DNA from: a virus
Taxonomy: Duplodnaviria; Caudoviricetes
IMG/VR virus record: IMGVR_UViG_3300036790_000109
Span: 1 to 55,390 of that record
Length of the DNA: 55,390 nt
Strand: one strand, 5' to 3'
The notes below the pieces were generated by a model. That model worked only from the letters and a program-made list of their open reading frames with translations. It ran no database searches and was not told where the DNA came from. The position numbers and the translations under genes are program-made. Shown here piece by piece: positions 23,888 to 34,153 of this stretch (within the stretch, counting starts at the first letter, position 1; every line of letters starts with the position of its first letter).

Positions 23888-26476
23888 GTGGGTCAAGAGA
23901 TCCAAACACATGATATCCAGAGCAACTTCCTCTCGGGAGTGCTCGATCCTCGTGTGCAAGGTCGCATTGACACCAGCGCGTACGCGTCTGCGCTGCTTCA
24001 GGGTATCAACATCGAGCTCGTGCATCTCGGCGGCGTGCAGCGTCGACGTGGGCTCGTGCAAAACCTGATACTTCCGAACGAATTGACGTTGCTGGCCGGC
24101 ACGTACACATGCCCCAACGGCCCGTCGACTCTCACTGGCATAGGCACGAACAGCCAAACGAACGCGTTCACCACGACCACCGCGCCGAGCACCACAAACC
24201 CTTGGGTACTCGTGCACTGCGATCTTGGAAGTGCGCAGAACGTACTTTTTGCCGACTGTCTCGCGATCATCCTCGGCGGCGGCGCAAGCACCGAATTCTG
24301 CATCCAGTGGAGCAACGACAACTCGACGTGGGCAACGCTCGGTGCCAGTTTTTACCAGCTCGACAGCACGGCGGAATACACCTACCGGCGCACGGCAGGT
24401 GTCACATACCCGGCGACGTACACGAATGCGCGGTACTGGCGCGTCGCTAAAGTAGGCGGCGCGGACCTGACTTCCGAAGTCACGTTCAGTGATTTTGTGC
24501 TGTGGGGTGACAGCGGCAACTACTCCGCCAGCCGGTTGATCCCGTTCGAAGTCAGCACGACCGAGCCGTACGCGCTGGCGCTTACGGACCGATCGGGCAT
24601 CGTCGTCTATGACGGCGAAGTCGTCGACTATCTGGCGCTTCCGTACAAGAGTGTGGATCTGGCGCTGCTCGACGGCCAGTCGAGCGCCGAGTCGCTGATG
24701 GCGGTGCATCAGAGCTACGCGCCGCAGTTCGTGGTGCGGCTCTCCTCGCCGCTGGCTCCCGCAGGCGGCGCGAACGCGTCCTTCTACAACTTCCAGACCT
24801 TCCTCGCCGAGTTCGCCGCGATCCCGCAGGTTGACTATGCCGATGCCTTGAGCCCGGCGGCAACCTCGGATCTCCAGACGCTAGACTTCAACAGCGGCTG
24901 GAACGTCGGTGACACGTTCACTTTCACGATTCAGACGGACACGACCGGCCCGATCACCTACGCAGGTGACAACCAGACGACGGCGAACGCCATCGCCACG
25001 GCCGTGCAGGCACTGTGGGTGGTGAACGGTTACACCGGTGTGAGCTGCACGAGTAACGGCAGCTACGGCTACACGCTCACGTTCGCAGACGCCGCCGCGG
25101 GCGACATGGGCGCCATCGCGATCACCTCGTTGAGTTCGAACGCCACGGCCTCCGCGACCGAAACGCAGGTGGGCGTGTCGCAGCAGGAAGATGCCTGGAG
25201 CGCGACGCGCGGCTACCCGGGCACGGTGACGTTCTTCCAGGGCCGCATGTTCTTCGGCGGTCTGCGGTCGCAGCAGGAAACGTTGCTTGGGAGCTGGGTC
25301 AACGACATCCTGAACTTCGATACCGCACAGGGCCTGGACGACCAGGCGATCTACACGACGCTGAACGGCGTCGCGCTGAATGCCGTAACGGCGCTGTTTC
25401 CGGGCGTGTCGCTCTGCCTCTTCACGAGCGGCGGCGAATTCCGTTTCGTGAACGACAACGGCCAGCCGATCACCCCCACGAGCATTCCGACGAACCAGAC
25501 GCAGTACGGCACCGCGCAGATCAAGCCTGTCATGGTAGATGGGCAGATCGTGTTCGTGCAGCGCAACGGTAACGTCATCCGTGACTTCCAGTTCGACTAC
25601 ACACAGAACCAGTACAACTCCCTCGGCATCTCCTCCTTCGCAACGAACCTCATTTACGACGTTCAAGACATCGCGTCGTGGAACGGGTCGGAAGTAGAGG
25701 AGATGAACTACGTGTTCGTGTGCAACGGCGCGAACAACAGCGTCAACCTGGCGCTTGAGAACCCACTATATGATGGCACGTGCGCGGTTTACAACTCGTG
25801 CAAGGAAGCGAGCGTACAGGCGTGGGTCGTCTGGGAGACGAACGGTGTATTCAATAACGTCTGCACGGTCGCCCAGGACATCTTCTTCATCGTCCGGCGG
25901 AACCTGAACGGCGTGTGGGTGGTGTCGTTGGAGCAGGCGGTCGAGGGCACGTACACGGACTGCGGCACCGGCTCAGTGACGCAGGCGCCCTCGTCCACGG
26001 TGAGCGGCCTCAGCTGGCTAAACGGCGTTGAGTGCCGAGCGATCGCCGACGGGTACGTGCTCGACAATGTGACGCCGGTTAACGGCGCGGTATCGCTCAC
26101 CCTCGGCGGCCGCCCGTACACGGCTACGACGTACGAGATCGGGATCAACTTCAACCCGACGGTTGAGCCGATGCCGCTGCAGACGGTGCGCTGGCCGGCC
26201 GGCTCGAACCTCGCACGCAAGAAACGCATCGTCAAAATGCGCATCAAAGTAGCGAACACGCTGGGCCTTCTCTACAACGGCGAGCCGCTCGACACCTCGA
26301 CGATTGACACGTTCAACTTCGACACGGCACCCGTGCCGTACAGCGGCATTTTGACGCTCGAGGATTCGACGAACTGGGACGAGACGGAGGACAAAACGGT
26401 GGTGTTTACGCAGGTAGATCCGGTGCCGTTTTACCTCATGTATCTCGACGTACAACTTGCGGGGCAGCAGCAGTGA
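23888..26476 (+). CDS. Tail tubular protein B (nozzle) with inserted beta domains
   Basis: QSNFLSGVLDP, GG..RR.G, WS..RGYP..V.FFQGR.FFGG, FVQRNG..IRDF. Confidence 0.88.
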   Translation: MGQEIQTHDIQSNFLSGVLDPRVQGRIDTSAYASALLQGINIELVHLGGVQRRRGLVQNLILPNELTLLAGTYTCPNGPSTLTGIGTNSQTNAFTTTTAPSTTNPWVLVHCDLGSAQNVLFADCLAIILGGGASTEFCIQWSNDNSTWATLGASFYQLDSTAEYTYRRTAGVTYPATYTNARYWRVAKVGGADLTSEVTFSDFVLWGDSGNYSASRLIPFEVSTTEPYALALTDRSGIVVYDGEVVDYLALPYKSVDLALLDGQSSAESLMAVHQSYAPQFVVRLSSPLAPAGGANASFYNFQTFLAEFAAIPQVDYADALSPAATSDLQTLDFNSGWNVGDTFTFTIQTDTTGPITYAGDNQTTANAIATAVQALWVVNGYTGVSCTSNGSYGYTLTFADAAAGDMGAIAITSLSSNATASATETQVGVSQQEDAWSATRGYPGTVTFFQGRMFFGGLRSQQETLLGSWVNDILNFDTAQGLDDQAIYTTLNGVALNAVTALFPGVSLCLFTSGGEFRFVNDNGQPITPTSIPTNQTQYGTAQIKPVMVDGQIVFVQRNGNVIRDFQFDYTQNQYNSLGISSFATNLIYDVQDIASWNGSEVEEMNYVFVCNGANNSVNLALENPLYDGTCAVYNSCKEASVQAWVVWETNGVFNNVCTVAQDIFFIVRRNLNGVWVVSLEQAVEGTYTDCGTGSVTQAPSSTVSGLSWLNGVECRAIADGYVLDNVTPVNGAVSLTLGGRPYTATTYEIGINFNPTVEPMPLQTVRWPAGSNLARKKRIVKMRIKVANTLGLLYNGEPLDTSTIDTFNFDTAPVPYSGILTLEDSTNWDETEDKTVVFTQVDPVPFYLMYLDVQLAGQQQ

Positions 26477-26598
26477 AGTATTTGTTTTGGCGTGTGTTTT
26501 ACGCTGTCTACCTCTACCTTCGTTTCATGCTGCCGTTTGATCTACAAATCACAAGGGTGTTCATGCGCAACCCTTGGCTACTTTTCTCGGGGCGTTAA
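26473..26598 (+). CDS. Small hydrophobic ORF (41 aa)
   Basis: Manual translation MKYLFWRVFYAVYLYLRFMLPF...; GTGA-coupled; AT-rich. Confidence 0.45.
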   Translation: MKYLFWRVFYAVYLYLRFMLPFDLQITRVFMRNPWLLFSGR

Positions 26599-27045
26599 AT
26601 GAACGCTGGAGTTAGTGCTCTCGTTGAAGTCGCGGCGGCCGCATCGGTTGTTGGTGCTGGCGTCTCGGCGTATTCGTCTATTCAGCAGGGTCAAGCGACG
26701 GCGAAAGCTGACAAGCAAAAGGCACTTGCGGAGTCCATCAACGCGACGCAGCAGCAGATAAACATGCGCCAGAAAATGCTGGCGGCTATGGCTTCGCAGA
26801 ACGCAGGAAGTCTGGGCGCCGTCGGCACGGGTGGCCCCACTAGCTTCGGGGCGAATACGCTGCGGCAGATCAACCAGGGAACCAACGATCTCATGGTCAA
26901 CAGCGCGAATGCTTCTTCGCAGGTATCGCTGCTTGACAACGCGGCATCGAACGCCACGAGTGCAGGCACCTTGGGCGCCGTGAGCGCTGGTGTCGGGGCT
27001 GCGGGCAACGCGAACGTCGACGCCGTCGCCGGGAAACTCCTGTAA
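26599..27045 (+). CDS. Internal virion protein (gp14-like ejection protein)
   Basis: Ala/Gly-rich hydrophobic ends, Gln-rich centre; synteny. Confidence 0.75.
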   Translation: MNAGVSALVEVAAAASVVGAGVSAYSSIQQGQATAKADKQKALAESINATQQQINMRQKMLAAMASQNAGSLGAVGTGGPTSFGANTLRQINQGTNDLMVNSANASSQVSLLDNAASNATSAGTLGAVSAGVGAAGNANVDAVAGKLL

Positions 27046-28754
27046 TGGCAGGCCCCGGCGGAGACATTATTCCTGGCCTTCCTGCGATCCCCGGGCCGCA
27101 GAGTAACGGCGGCCGTCCCTATGGGCAGGACTACCGGCAGGTTCAGCAGCCTGCCGAAGTCGACATGTACGGCATCAACCGCGCGGCGGAGGCGGAAGAG
27201 TCGGCGGCCAATTTCCGCGCTTCAGAGTTGAGTCGCACGTTCAAGACGTTCGAGGGGGGAGTCAATGACATCGCCGATAAGGTCGAAACCCACGCGGGCG
27301 CCCTGGCGGGGGCCGCGTCCGGCAATACGGGCCACCCCCAGTACCAACAGGGGCTCGAGCGATTCACAGCATATGGGCAAGCCTTCAACAATGCCGCCAC
27401 CGGCGCTTATGCGGTCGAAGCAGAGGCGCAAGCCGATGACGCCGCGGCACGGCTTCGGGTTGAAGCGAACAACGACCCCAAAACCTTCGCCACAACCTAC
27501 AGCGCAGTTAGAGATGCCGTTCTAAAGACGGCGCCGGCTGATGCCGTTCCGATGCTGACGGAACTGTACAACCGGCATCTGGCAGAAGGCGTCGCGGCTG
27601 TCTCCGGCGCGCAAGCGCAGCAACAGCAGGACACGCAGCGCGCGACGTACCAGATGGGTATCGACCGACAGACGAGCCGCGTTGCTAATCTCCAGGGCTC
27701 GGCTAACCCACAGGACCAACTGCGCGCACAGGACGAGGAGGTGAAGCTGTCGCTGCTCATCCAGGGCGGCGTCAACAGCGGACTCTATAGCCCCGCGCAG
27801 GCGCAGGCCCTGCGCATAGGCGCGATGCGCGCCGTGACGGAGCAGGTGTTCCAGACTCAGATCGATCGCGAACTCGCGAACCCGAACGGAGATGCTCTCG
27901 GGGTGTTGCAACGGTTCCGCGAGGCGCACCTTGCGAACTTGGCGAACACGAAAGAGCCGGTGGTTCTCCCCGAGTCGGAGTTCCAGAAGCTCATGGCGGA
28001 TGGCACGACGAAGGTCCGCGAGCAGAACCTCATGGAGCGCCAGATCAAGCTGAACGGCAACACGGCCGAGCAGCAGCGCTATAAAGCCGGCGAGCAGCTC
28101 TACACGAGCCAGTTGTTCGAGGGGAAGCTCACCATGAAGTCGCTCGATGATGCTGTGCGTAGTGGCGATTTGAAACCTTCTACGGCGCGGTCGCTTCGAA
28201 CACAGATGTTGAGTGGGGACAACAAGAGCGTTCCGCAATCGAAGTGGAATGCGTACCACGATCCGCGCCTCCTCGACATGACGAATCAGGATATCGCTAA
28301 CCTGCCGGGGTTGAGCTGGAATGACAAACTTACATTGTCGCAGTACGCCCAGAAAGAGCGCGACGGCTGGAATGGCACGCAGAACGTCAAACTTGCCCGT
28401 CAGGCGATCAGCGATGCGCTGAAGATCCCCCGCGGCGCAGAAACCGCGACGCTTACCACCGATCAGCTTCGCGGGCTGCAGGATGCGAACCAGGAGTACA
28501 CGACGCTGATGCAGGGCACGGACCCGGCCAAGCGCGACAGCATGGCCGCGACGATTGCGCAGCAAGTCATCAAGGGCGTGCATCAGAAGCAGGCCATGAA
28601 CGTCGTCGACACGCAGCAGGCGGCGCTTCAGAGCTATATCGAGGAATACGGCCCGGGCAGCAATAATCCGACCGACTCGAAGACGTACGACACGACCGTG
28701 AAGGGCTACGAGACACGGATCACGCAGGCGCTACGCGCGGCCTCGGGGAAGTAA
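27045..28754 (+). CDS. Internal virion protein (gp15-like)
   Basis: 569-aa helical Ala/Gln-rich ORF; synteny. Confidence 0.7.
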   Translation: MAGPGGDIIPGLPAIPGPQSNGGRPYGQDYRQVQQPAEVDMYGINRAAEAEESAANFRASELSRTFKTFEGGVNDIADKVETHAGALAGAASGNTGHPQYQQGLERFTAYGQAFNNAATGAYAVEAEAQADDAAARLRVEANNDPKTFATTYSAVRDAVLKTAPADAVPMLTELYNRHLAEGVAAVSGAQAQQQQDTQRATYQMGIDRQTSRVANLQGSANPQDQLRAQDEEVKLSLLIQGGVNSGLYSPAQAQALRIGAMRAVTEQVFQTQIDRELANPNGDALGVLQRFREAHLANLANTKEPVVLPESEFQKLMADGTTKVREQNLMERQIKLNGNTAEQQRYKAGEQLYTSQLFEGKLTMKSLDDAVRSGDLKPSTARSLRTQMLSGDNKSVPQSKWNAYHDPRLLDMTNQDIANLPGLSWNDKLTLSQYAQKERDGWNGTQNVKLARQAISDALKIPRGAETATLTTDQLRGLQDANQEYTTLMQGTDPAKRDSMAATIAQQVIKGVHQKQAMNVVDTQQAALQSYIEEYGPGSNNPTDSKTYDTTVKGYETRITQALRAASGK

Positions 28755-28755
28755 C

Positions 28756-30579
28756 ATGGCAGTCGATCCGGCAATGCTGTCCTCCCTCATTGCGCAGCAC
28801 ACCGCGGCCGCGCAGCAGGGCAACCAGCAGCAGATAACGGCGAATGCGCAGGCCGCACTTCATGGCCCGAGCGGTGCACCGCAGTCTCCGGGGCTTTTGC
28901 GCTGGATGACGCAGATGCCTGCGCGCGTGACGACCGACATGATCGACGGCGCGGTGCACGCGGCCGACTCGATGGCGCACGACGGGAGCTGGGGTGAGGC
29001 TGCGACGCGCGTCGGCCGCGATGTAGCCGCGGGTACTGCGGATGCCGCCGCGAGCACGGGTGATGCCGTTGCCGGCCTTGGCCGCATGGTTGAGAGCAAC
29101 TTCTCCCGGTCAGTTCGGGCCGTTGAGAACCCGGTGCAGGCCAACGAGGATGCGGCGCTCAGCCACACGGAAAGCCAAGACCCCACGATGGCGGCTCGCA
29201 TGAAGACGGTGGAGGGCGATCCGGCTCCCGCCGCGCCGCCGCCGAGTTCTATATGGAGTCACGCCCGCAGCGCCATCCTCGACTTCCGCGATGCAGTCGC
29301 CGTGAAGGACCCGAATCTTGTTGACGGCCTGACGCAGAACGTCGCACAGCTCGCCATCCCGTTCGCCGGCTACAGCAAGGCACTCGCCGGTGTACACGAT
29401 GCTGCGATTGCCGCCTCGACGACGCAAGAGTTCGGCGGCTATCTGTTGGCCTCGGCGAAGCAGGATCTTGGGAAGCTGGCACGGAACGTCATTGCCCCGG
29501 GCGCGGTGACTGATGCGACGGCACTACAGCCACACCAGGCGCGCTTTGCGGACACGCTGGCCCTCGGCCGGCACACAGAGACGAAACTCGGCGATGTGTT
29601 GAACGCCATCGCCCCGGACGGCAGTGCGATGAACGCCTACATCAACTACCTGTCCGATCGTTCGAATGAGTCAGAGGCCGAGGGCCGCTTCAAAAACGTC
29701 ATCGACGGCTTCGGCGTCAACATGATCGCGACGCCGCTCCTGACCGCGGCCGCCAGCACGTTGAAGCAGGGCACGGCCGGGTTGCGCTACCTGATCGACA
29801 ACGGCGCGACTTCGGCCGGGGACTTCCCGCGCCCGGCGCAGGCGACGCAGGCCGGTAAGATCGTATTCCATGGCACGCCGCACGACTTCGACGAGTTCGA
29901 CAACTCGAAGATCGGGACAGGCGAGGGCGCTCAGGCGTACGGCCACGGCCTGTATTTCGCAGAGAACCCCGCTACTGCCGGGCATTACCAGCAAATGCTG
30001 ACGAAAAACGCCTCGCCCAACGGCAGCCTGGGAATGCGCATGCAGGATGCCCGTGATCTCGTTGCGAAGGCCGGAAGTCCTCGTGAGGCATACAGCCAGG
30101 CGCTCAAGCGCGTCGCACAGATGCCTCCTGACCAGCAAGAATATTGGGGCGATGTGGCGCACCTGATCCGGTCAGGGAATTACTCCAAAGGCGCTGGCCG
30201 TCTGATGCACGTCGACATCCCCGATGAGCATGTCAATAACATGCTCGACTGGGATAAGCCGCTGTCTGAACAGCCGGGCGCCGCGAAGGTTTTCAAGTCG
30301 TACGGCATTACGGACGGAAACATGACCGGTGGAGACGCCTATCAGATGCTGTCCCACAAGCTCATGCCCGACACGCCGCCCGACCCCGAGGGGTCTCCGA
30401 AGGGTTGGAGTTACGTCCAGCGCGGCGACGAGGGCGCTCCGCGCGCATCGGCCGTCCTCAACCTGCGCGGTATTCCAGGTATCCGCTACCTCGATCAGGG
30501 GTCCCGCGGAGCCGGCAAGGGGAGCCGCAACCTCGTCCTCTTTGACGCCAAGCACGCGAAGATCGTGGAGAAGCATTGA
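28756..30579 (+). CDS. Internal virion protein with C-terminal ART-PolyVal-like domain
   Basis: SEAEGRFKN motif; FHGTPHDFDEFD..KIGTGEGAQAYGHGLYFAE...GIPGIRYLD...NLVLFD. Confidence 0.75.
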   Translation: MAVDPAMLSSLIAQHTAAAQQGNQQQITANAQAALHGPSGAPQSPGLLRWMTQMPARVTTDMIDGAVHAADSMAHDGSWGEAATRVGRDVAAGTADAAASTGDAVAGLGRMVESNFSRSVRAVENPVQANEDAALSHTESQDPTMAARMKTVEGDPAPAAPPPSSIWSHARSAILDFRDAVAVKDPNLVDGLTQNVAQLAIPFAGYSKALAGVHDAAIAASTTQEFGGYLLASAKQDLGKLARNVIAPGAVTDATALQPHQARFADTLALGRHTETKLGDVLNAIAPDGSAMNAYINYLSDRSNESEAEGRFKNVIDGFGVNMIATPLLTAAASTLKQGTAGLRYLIDNGATSAGDFPRPAQATQAGKIVFHGTPHDFDEFDNSKIGTGEGAQAYGHGLYFAENPATAGHYQQMLTKNASPNGSLGMRMQDARDLVAKAGSPREAYSQALKRVAQMPPDQQEYWGDVAHLIRSGNYSKGAGRLMHVDIPDEHVNNMLDWDKPLSEQPGAAKVFKSYGITDGNMTGGDAYQMLSHKLMPDTPPDPEGSPKGWSYVQRGDEGAPRASAVLNLRGIPGIRYLDQGSRGAGKGSRNLVLFDAKHAKIVEKH

Positions 30580-31055
30580 TGCTTCTTCGGTACTGCCGTA
30601 AATGCGAGAAGGAAACGCCGCGGTATCCGCGTCTAGGGAAACGCAGCGGGCAAGGTGATTGCGCTCCTTGTGTATTGGCTCGATATGAGCGTAACAAGAC
30701 GAAAATAGCTGTTGTGCATGCTGCATGGGTGCGGGCCAATCGCGCGTCGGAGCAGCAAAAGCAGAACGCTGCACGGCACGGACTCACGTTAGAGCAGTTT
30801 GAGAATTTGCTTGCGCAGCAGCAAGGAAAGTGCGCGGGCTGTCGCGGTGAGTTCATTAAGACGCCGCACATTGATCACGACCATAACTGCTGTGCATCTT
30901 CGCGTCGTAGCTGCGGTAAATGCGTTCGCGGTTTACTTTGCGCGCGATGCAACAATCTTTTGGGGCGTGCCCATGATAGCCCCGATTTACTTAGTGCGCT
31001 TGCGCGGTACCTGCGCGTGTATAAGGGGAAAAGCTCTTGCCTGACTTCGGCCTGA
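30579..31055 (+). CDS. Endonuclease VII-type HNH endonuclease
   Basis: HGLTLEQF..LL..Q.GKCAGC...IDHDH.CC....SCGKCVRGLLCARCN. Confidence 0.88.
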   Translation: MLLRYCRKCEKETPRYPRLGKRSGQGDCAPCVLARYERNKTKIAVVHAAWVRANRASEQQKQNAARHGLTLEQFENLLAQQQGKCAGCRGEFIKTPHIDHDHNCCASSRRSCGKCVRGLLCARCNNLLGRAHDSPDLLSALARYLRVYKGKSSCLTSA

Positions 31056-34000
31056 CTGAAGCCCTCGAGGCCGCCATGAAGGGCGCCAAGTCCGCGGCTG
31101 TCGAGTACCCCGCGGAAAGGGCGCTCGCGGCGCGCTCGGCTGCCACCGATCTGGCGCCGGGTGCGGCCGCCGCAGGAGCCGCCAAGGCGCCCCCGATCAT
31201 GAGCGCCCCGCCGCCCATGCAGCCCGTCAGCGTGCAGGCCCCCCAAATCGACCCCAGCCTGCCCCCGACCGATGTGCCGCCGCCCACTCCAGGCGCGGCT
31301 GCAGCCTCCGTCAACGCTCAGCCAGCGCCCCAGCCCGTTGCGGCCGCGGCCGCCGATGCGGCCCCGCCGAGCGCCGCCCCTGGCGCCTCTCAAGGCGTCC
31401 CAGACGTATCCGGTCTCCCCAAGGGGACGCCGGTGCCGAACCCGAAGGCGCCGACCGCCGTCGGGGGCGTGAACGATCCGGCCAATATCGACGGCTCTGG
31501 CAAGCCGGCGCCCGCCAGCGCGCTCCCGCCGCCCGCGAAGCCGACCCCGCCTGTGCCGACGGATGTCCAGGCTGCGGCCACCCGGTTCATGACGGCGAAC
31601 TTGGATGGCGTGAAGGCGGAGACGCTGAACGTCGCCCACATGCCGAACGTGAATGTCATCGATTCGCCCGACTCGCTCAAAGCGGGGCTCTTGCAGGTGG
31701 CGAGCGACAACCGGCACGCGATCGACACGGCCAGCCGCGGCACGGTCCCCGATGCCCAGATGATCGGCCTCGCGCAGGATCTCTCGGTCAACGTCGACAC
31801 CGCGAAGCAGGTACTCGGTCGGGTGGTCGGTACGAACTTGCCCAGCCCGGAAGTCGCGTTGGCCGCGCGCATGATCGCGAACGATCAGGTAGGGAACCTG
31901 TTTGCCCTTTCCGGCAAGGTGGCCGACGGCACGGCGAGTTCCGTCGAAGTCACGCAGTGGCAGCAGCATCAGCAGCTCGTGAGCGACTTCGTGACGCAGC
32001 TGCAGGGCGGCAAAGCGGAAGCCGGCCGGACGTTGCGGGGGCTCGGCATCAAGATCCCCGGGAACCTGCCCCCGGAGGTAATGGACCACATCGCCAATGT
32101 GATCCGTCAGAACAACCCGAACATGGAGGCGACCGCTAAGGCGATACAGCTTGCTGGGACGCCTAGTGGCATCGCGAATATCGTGCATGGCACGAACCTC
32201 GCGGGTCGCATCGGCAAAGCGGCGACCGGCGCACTGTCGCGCATATTCATCAACGGCATCCTCTCGGGTCCGTCAACGTGGATGCGCATTTTCGTCGGCA
32301 ACAACTTCAACCTCGCCCTGAACAGCGCCGACATCTTCGCGGCGGGCATCGGGCGCGGCATATACGGCCTCGCGGCGCGCGCGGGTGGATTCCCGACCGC
32401 GGCGGAAGGCGCGACGATCAGCGATGCGGTGGCGCACCTTCACGGTGTGATCAGCGGCGGGGCTGATGCGCTTCGCATGGCCGGCCGGGTCCTGAAGACC
32501 GGCGAGTCAATGGATTCCGTGATGCGGTCGCAGGAAGGACAGAAGGGCAACCTGCATCCGGCTAACGGGCCGACGCGCGAGCTGTTGCCTGAGATCGGCG
32601 ACGGCTATTTCGGCAATATCGTGAAGGGTGTTGACCGCGCGGTCGACTACCCGGGCGCGATCATCGGTGGCATCGACCAGTTCACTCAGACGCTTGGGCG
32701 CCGCTCGTACGCAACGATGATGACCCTCAAGGAAGTGCGGGCTCGTCTCTCGGCCGGGACGTTGAAGCCCGGCGATGCGGAGGACATTGCGCGTCAGATG
32801 ATGGAGAACCAGACGCCTGAGATGGAACAGGCGGCGGACGCGTGGGGCCATCGCATGACCTTCCAGACGCCGTTCCCCGAAGGTGGCGTTGGCGAGGCGT
32901 TCCAGAACGTGCTCCAGAAGGCCCCGGTGCTGCGCTACATCTTCCCGTTCATGCGCACGGCCACCAACATATTCAAGCAGAGCCTGCTCGAGCGCACGCC
33001 GCTCGCGGTCTTCTCGAGCCGGCTTCGCGCGCAGATCGCAGGCGGCGGGTTCGAAGGCGATCTCGCCAAGAGCCGCATTGCCACCGGCACAGCCGTGGGC
33101 AGTATGTTCGCTTGGATGGCGATCCACGATCGGATCACCGGCGATGCCCCGAAGGACCCGAAAGAGCGCGGCGAGTGGGAGCTTGACGGCCGCACACCGT
33201 ACTCGATCCGCGTCACGAACCCACTCACCGGAGAGGATACCTGGCGCTCGTACCAGAACTTCGAGCCCATGGCTTCCGTCGCCAGCGCCACGGCTGACGC
33301 TGTCGCGCTTCATGCGCTCATCGATCAGGACGAGAGCGGCTACTCGATGGCCCAGCACGGGGACACGATGATGGATGCTATATCCAACATCATGGCTTCG
33401 ATTATAACAAACACCGGCGATAAGACGTTCATGCAAGGCGCCGCCAAGTTCTCAGAGATGTACAACGATCCCAAGCGTGCCTTCGCCATGTGGGCGGATG
33501 AGATGGGGCAGGCGATGGTGCCCTTCAGCGGCGCGCTCAAGTTCGTCCGCAACATGCAAGACCCGTACATGCGTAACGCGTATACGCTCATGGGCAAGAT
33601 CAGGGATGAGCTTCCGACGTTGCCCGGTGTGAAAGGCTCGAAGGCCCTCGCACCGCGCCGTGATGTCTTCGGTGAGCCGATCAAGACCTACAGCGGCAAT
33701 TCCATCCTCGGTCCGGTCTCACCGCTCCCCAGCAGTCCTTCCAAGAAAGACCCGGTGACAGATGAACTCCAAGCCGTGATGGCCTTCACGCACAGCGTGC
33801 CGATCACGATGCCGGCGAAACAGCTCGCGCTCTTGGGCGCTGGTCGCGGCTTGCAGGACGGCGAGGGGATGCGGCTCACGCCGCGAGAATACGACCGGTA
33901 CGTGACCATGAGCCGGCACGACCCGATCTTCAACAACGGGACGATGACTTTCCGCGAGAAGTTGGCCGATCTCATCCAGTCGCCTCTCTACCAGGGCGCC

Positions 34001-34153
34001 TCGCCCGCAGAGCGCGCGGTGTATCTCGAGCACGTGCAAAACCAAGCTGACCGAATCGGCCGCACCCGACTCTTCCAGGAAGACCCCGAGTTCGCCGAAC
34101 GCATGACCCAGTGGACGGCGCAGAAGAACCGTCTTAAATACGGAGCCCAGTAA
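31037..34153 (+). CDS. Large internal virion protein (gp16-like)
   Basis: Pro/Ala-rich N-terminus; INGILSGPST, FPFMRTATNI, RRDVFGEPI. Confidence 0.75.
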   Translation: MPDFGLTEALEAAMKGAKSAAVEYPAERALAARSAATDLAPGAAAAGAAKAPPIMSAPPPMQPVSVQAPQIDPSLPPTDVPPPTPGAAAASVNAQPAPQPVAAAAADAAPPSAAPGASQGVPDVSGLPKGTPVPNPKAPTAVGGVNDPANIDGSGKPAPASALPPPAKPTPPVPTDVQAAATRFMTANLDGVKAETLNVAHMPNVNVIDSPDSLKAGLLQVASDNRHAIDTASRGTVPDAQMIGLAQDLSVNVDTAKQVLGRVVGTNLPSPEVALAARMIANDQVGNLFALSGKVADGTASSVEVTQWQQHQQLVSDFVTQLQGGKAEAGRTLRGLGIKIPGNLPPEVMDHIANVIRQNNPNMEATAKAIQLAGTPSGIANIVHGTNLAGRIGKAATGALSRIFINGILSGPSTWMRIFVGNNFNLALNSADIFAAGIGRGIYGLAARAGGFPTAAEGATISDAVAHLHGVISGGADALRMAGRVLKTGESMDSVMRSQEGQKGNLHPANGPTRELLPEIGDGYFGNIVKGVDRAVDYPGAIIGGIDQFTQTLGRRSYATMMTLKEVRARLSAGTLKPGDAEDIARQMMENQTPEMEQAADAWGHRMTFQTPFPEGGVGEAFQNVLQKAPVLRYIFPFMRTATNIFKQSLLERTPLAVFSSRLRAQIAGGGFEGDLAKSRIATGTAVGSMFAWMAIHDRITGDAPKDPKERGEWELDGRTPYSIRVTNPLTGEDTWRSYQNFEPMASVASATADAVALHALIDQDESGYSMAQHGDTMMDAISNIMASIITNTGDKTFMQGAAKFSEMYNDPKRAFAMWADEMGQAMVPFSGALKFVRNMQDPYMRNAYTLMGKIRDELPTLPGVKGSKALAPRRDVFGEPIKTYSGNSILGPVSPLPSSPSKKDPVTDELQAVMAFTHSVPITMPAKQLALLGAGRGLQDGEGMRLTPREYDRYVTMSRHDPIFNNGTMTFREKLADLIQSPLYQGASPAERAVYLEHVQNQADRIGRTRLFQEDPEFAERMTQWTAQKNRLKYGAQ

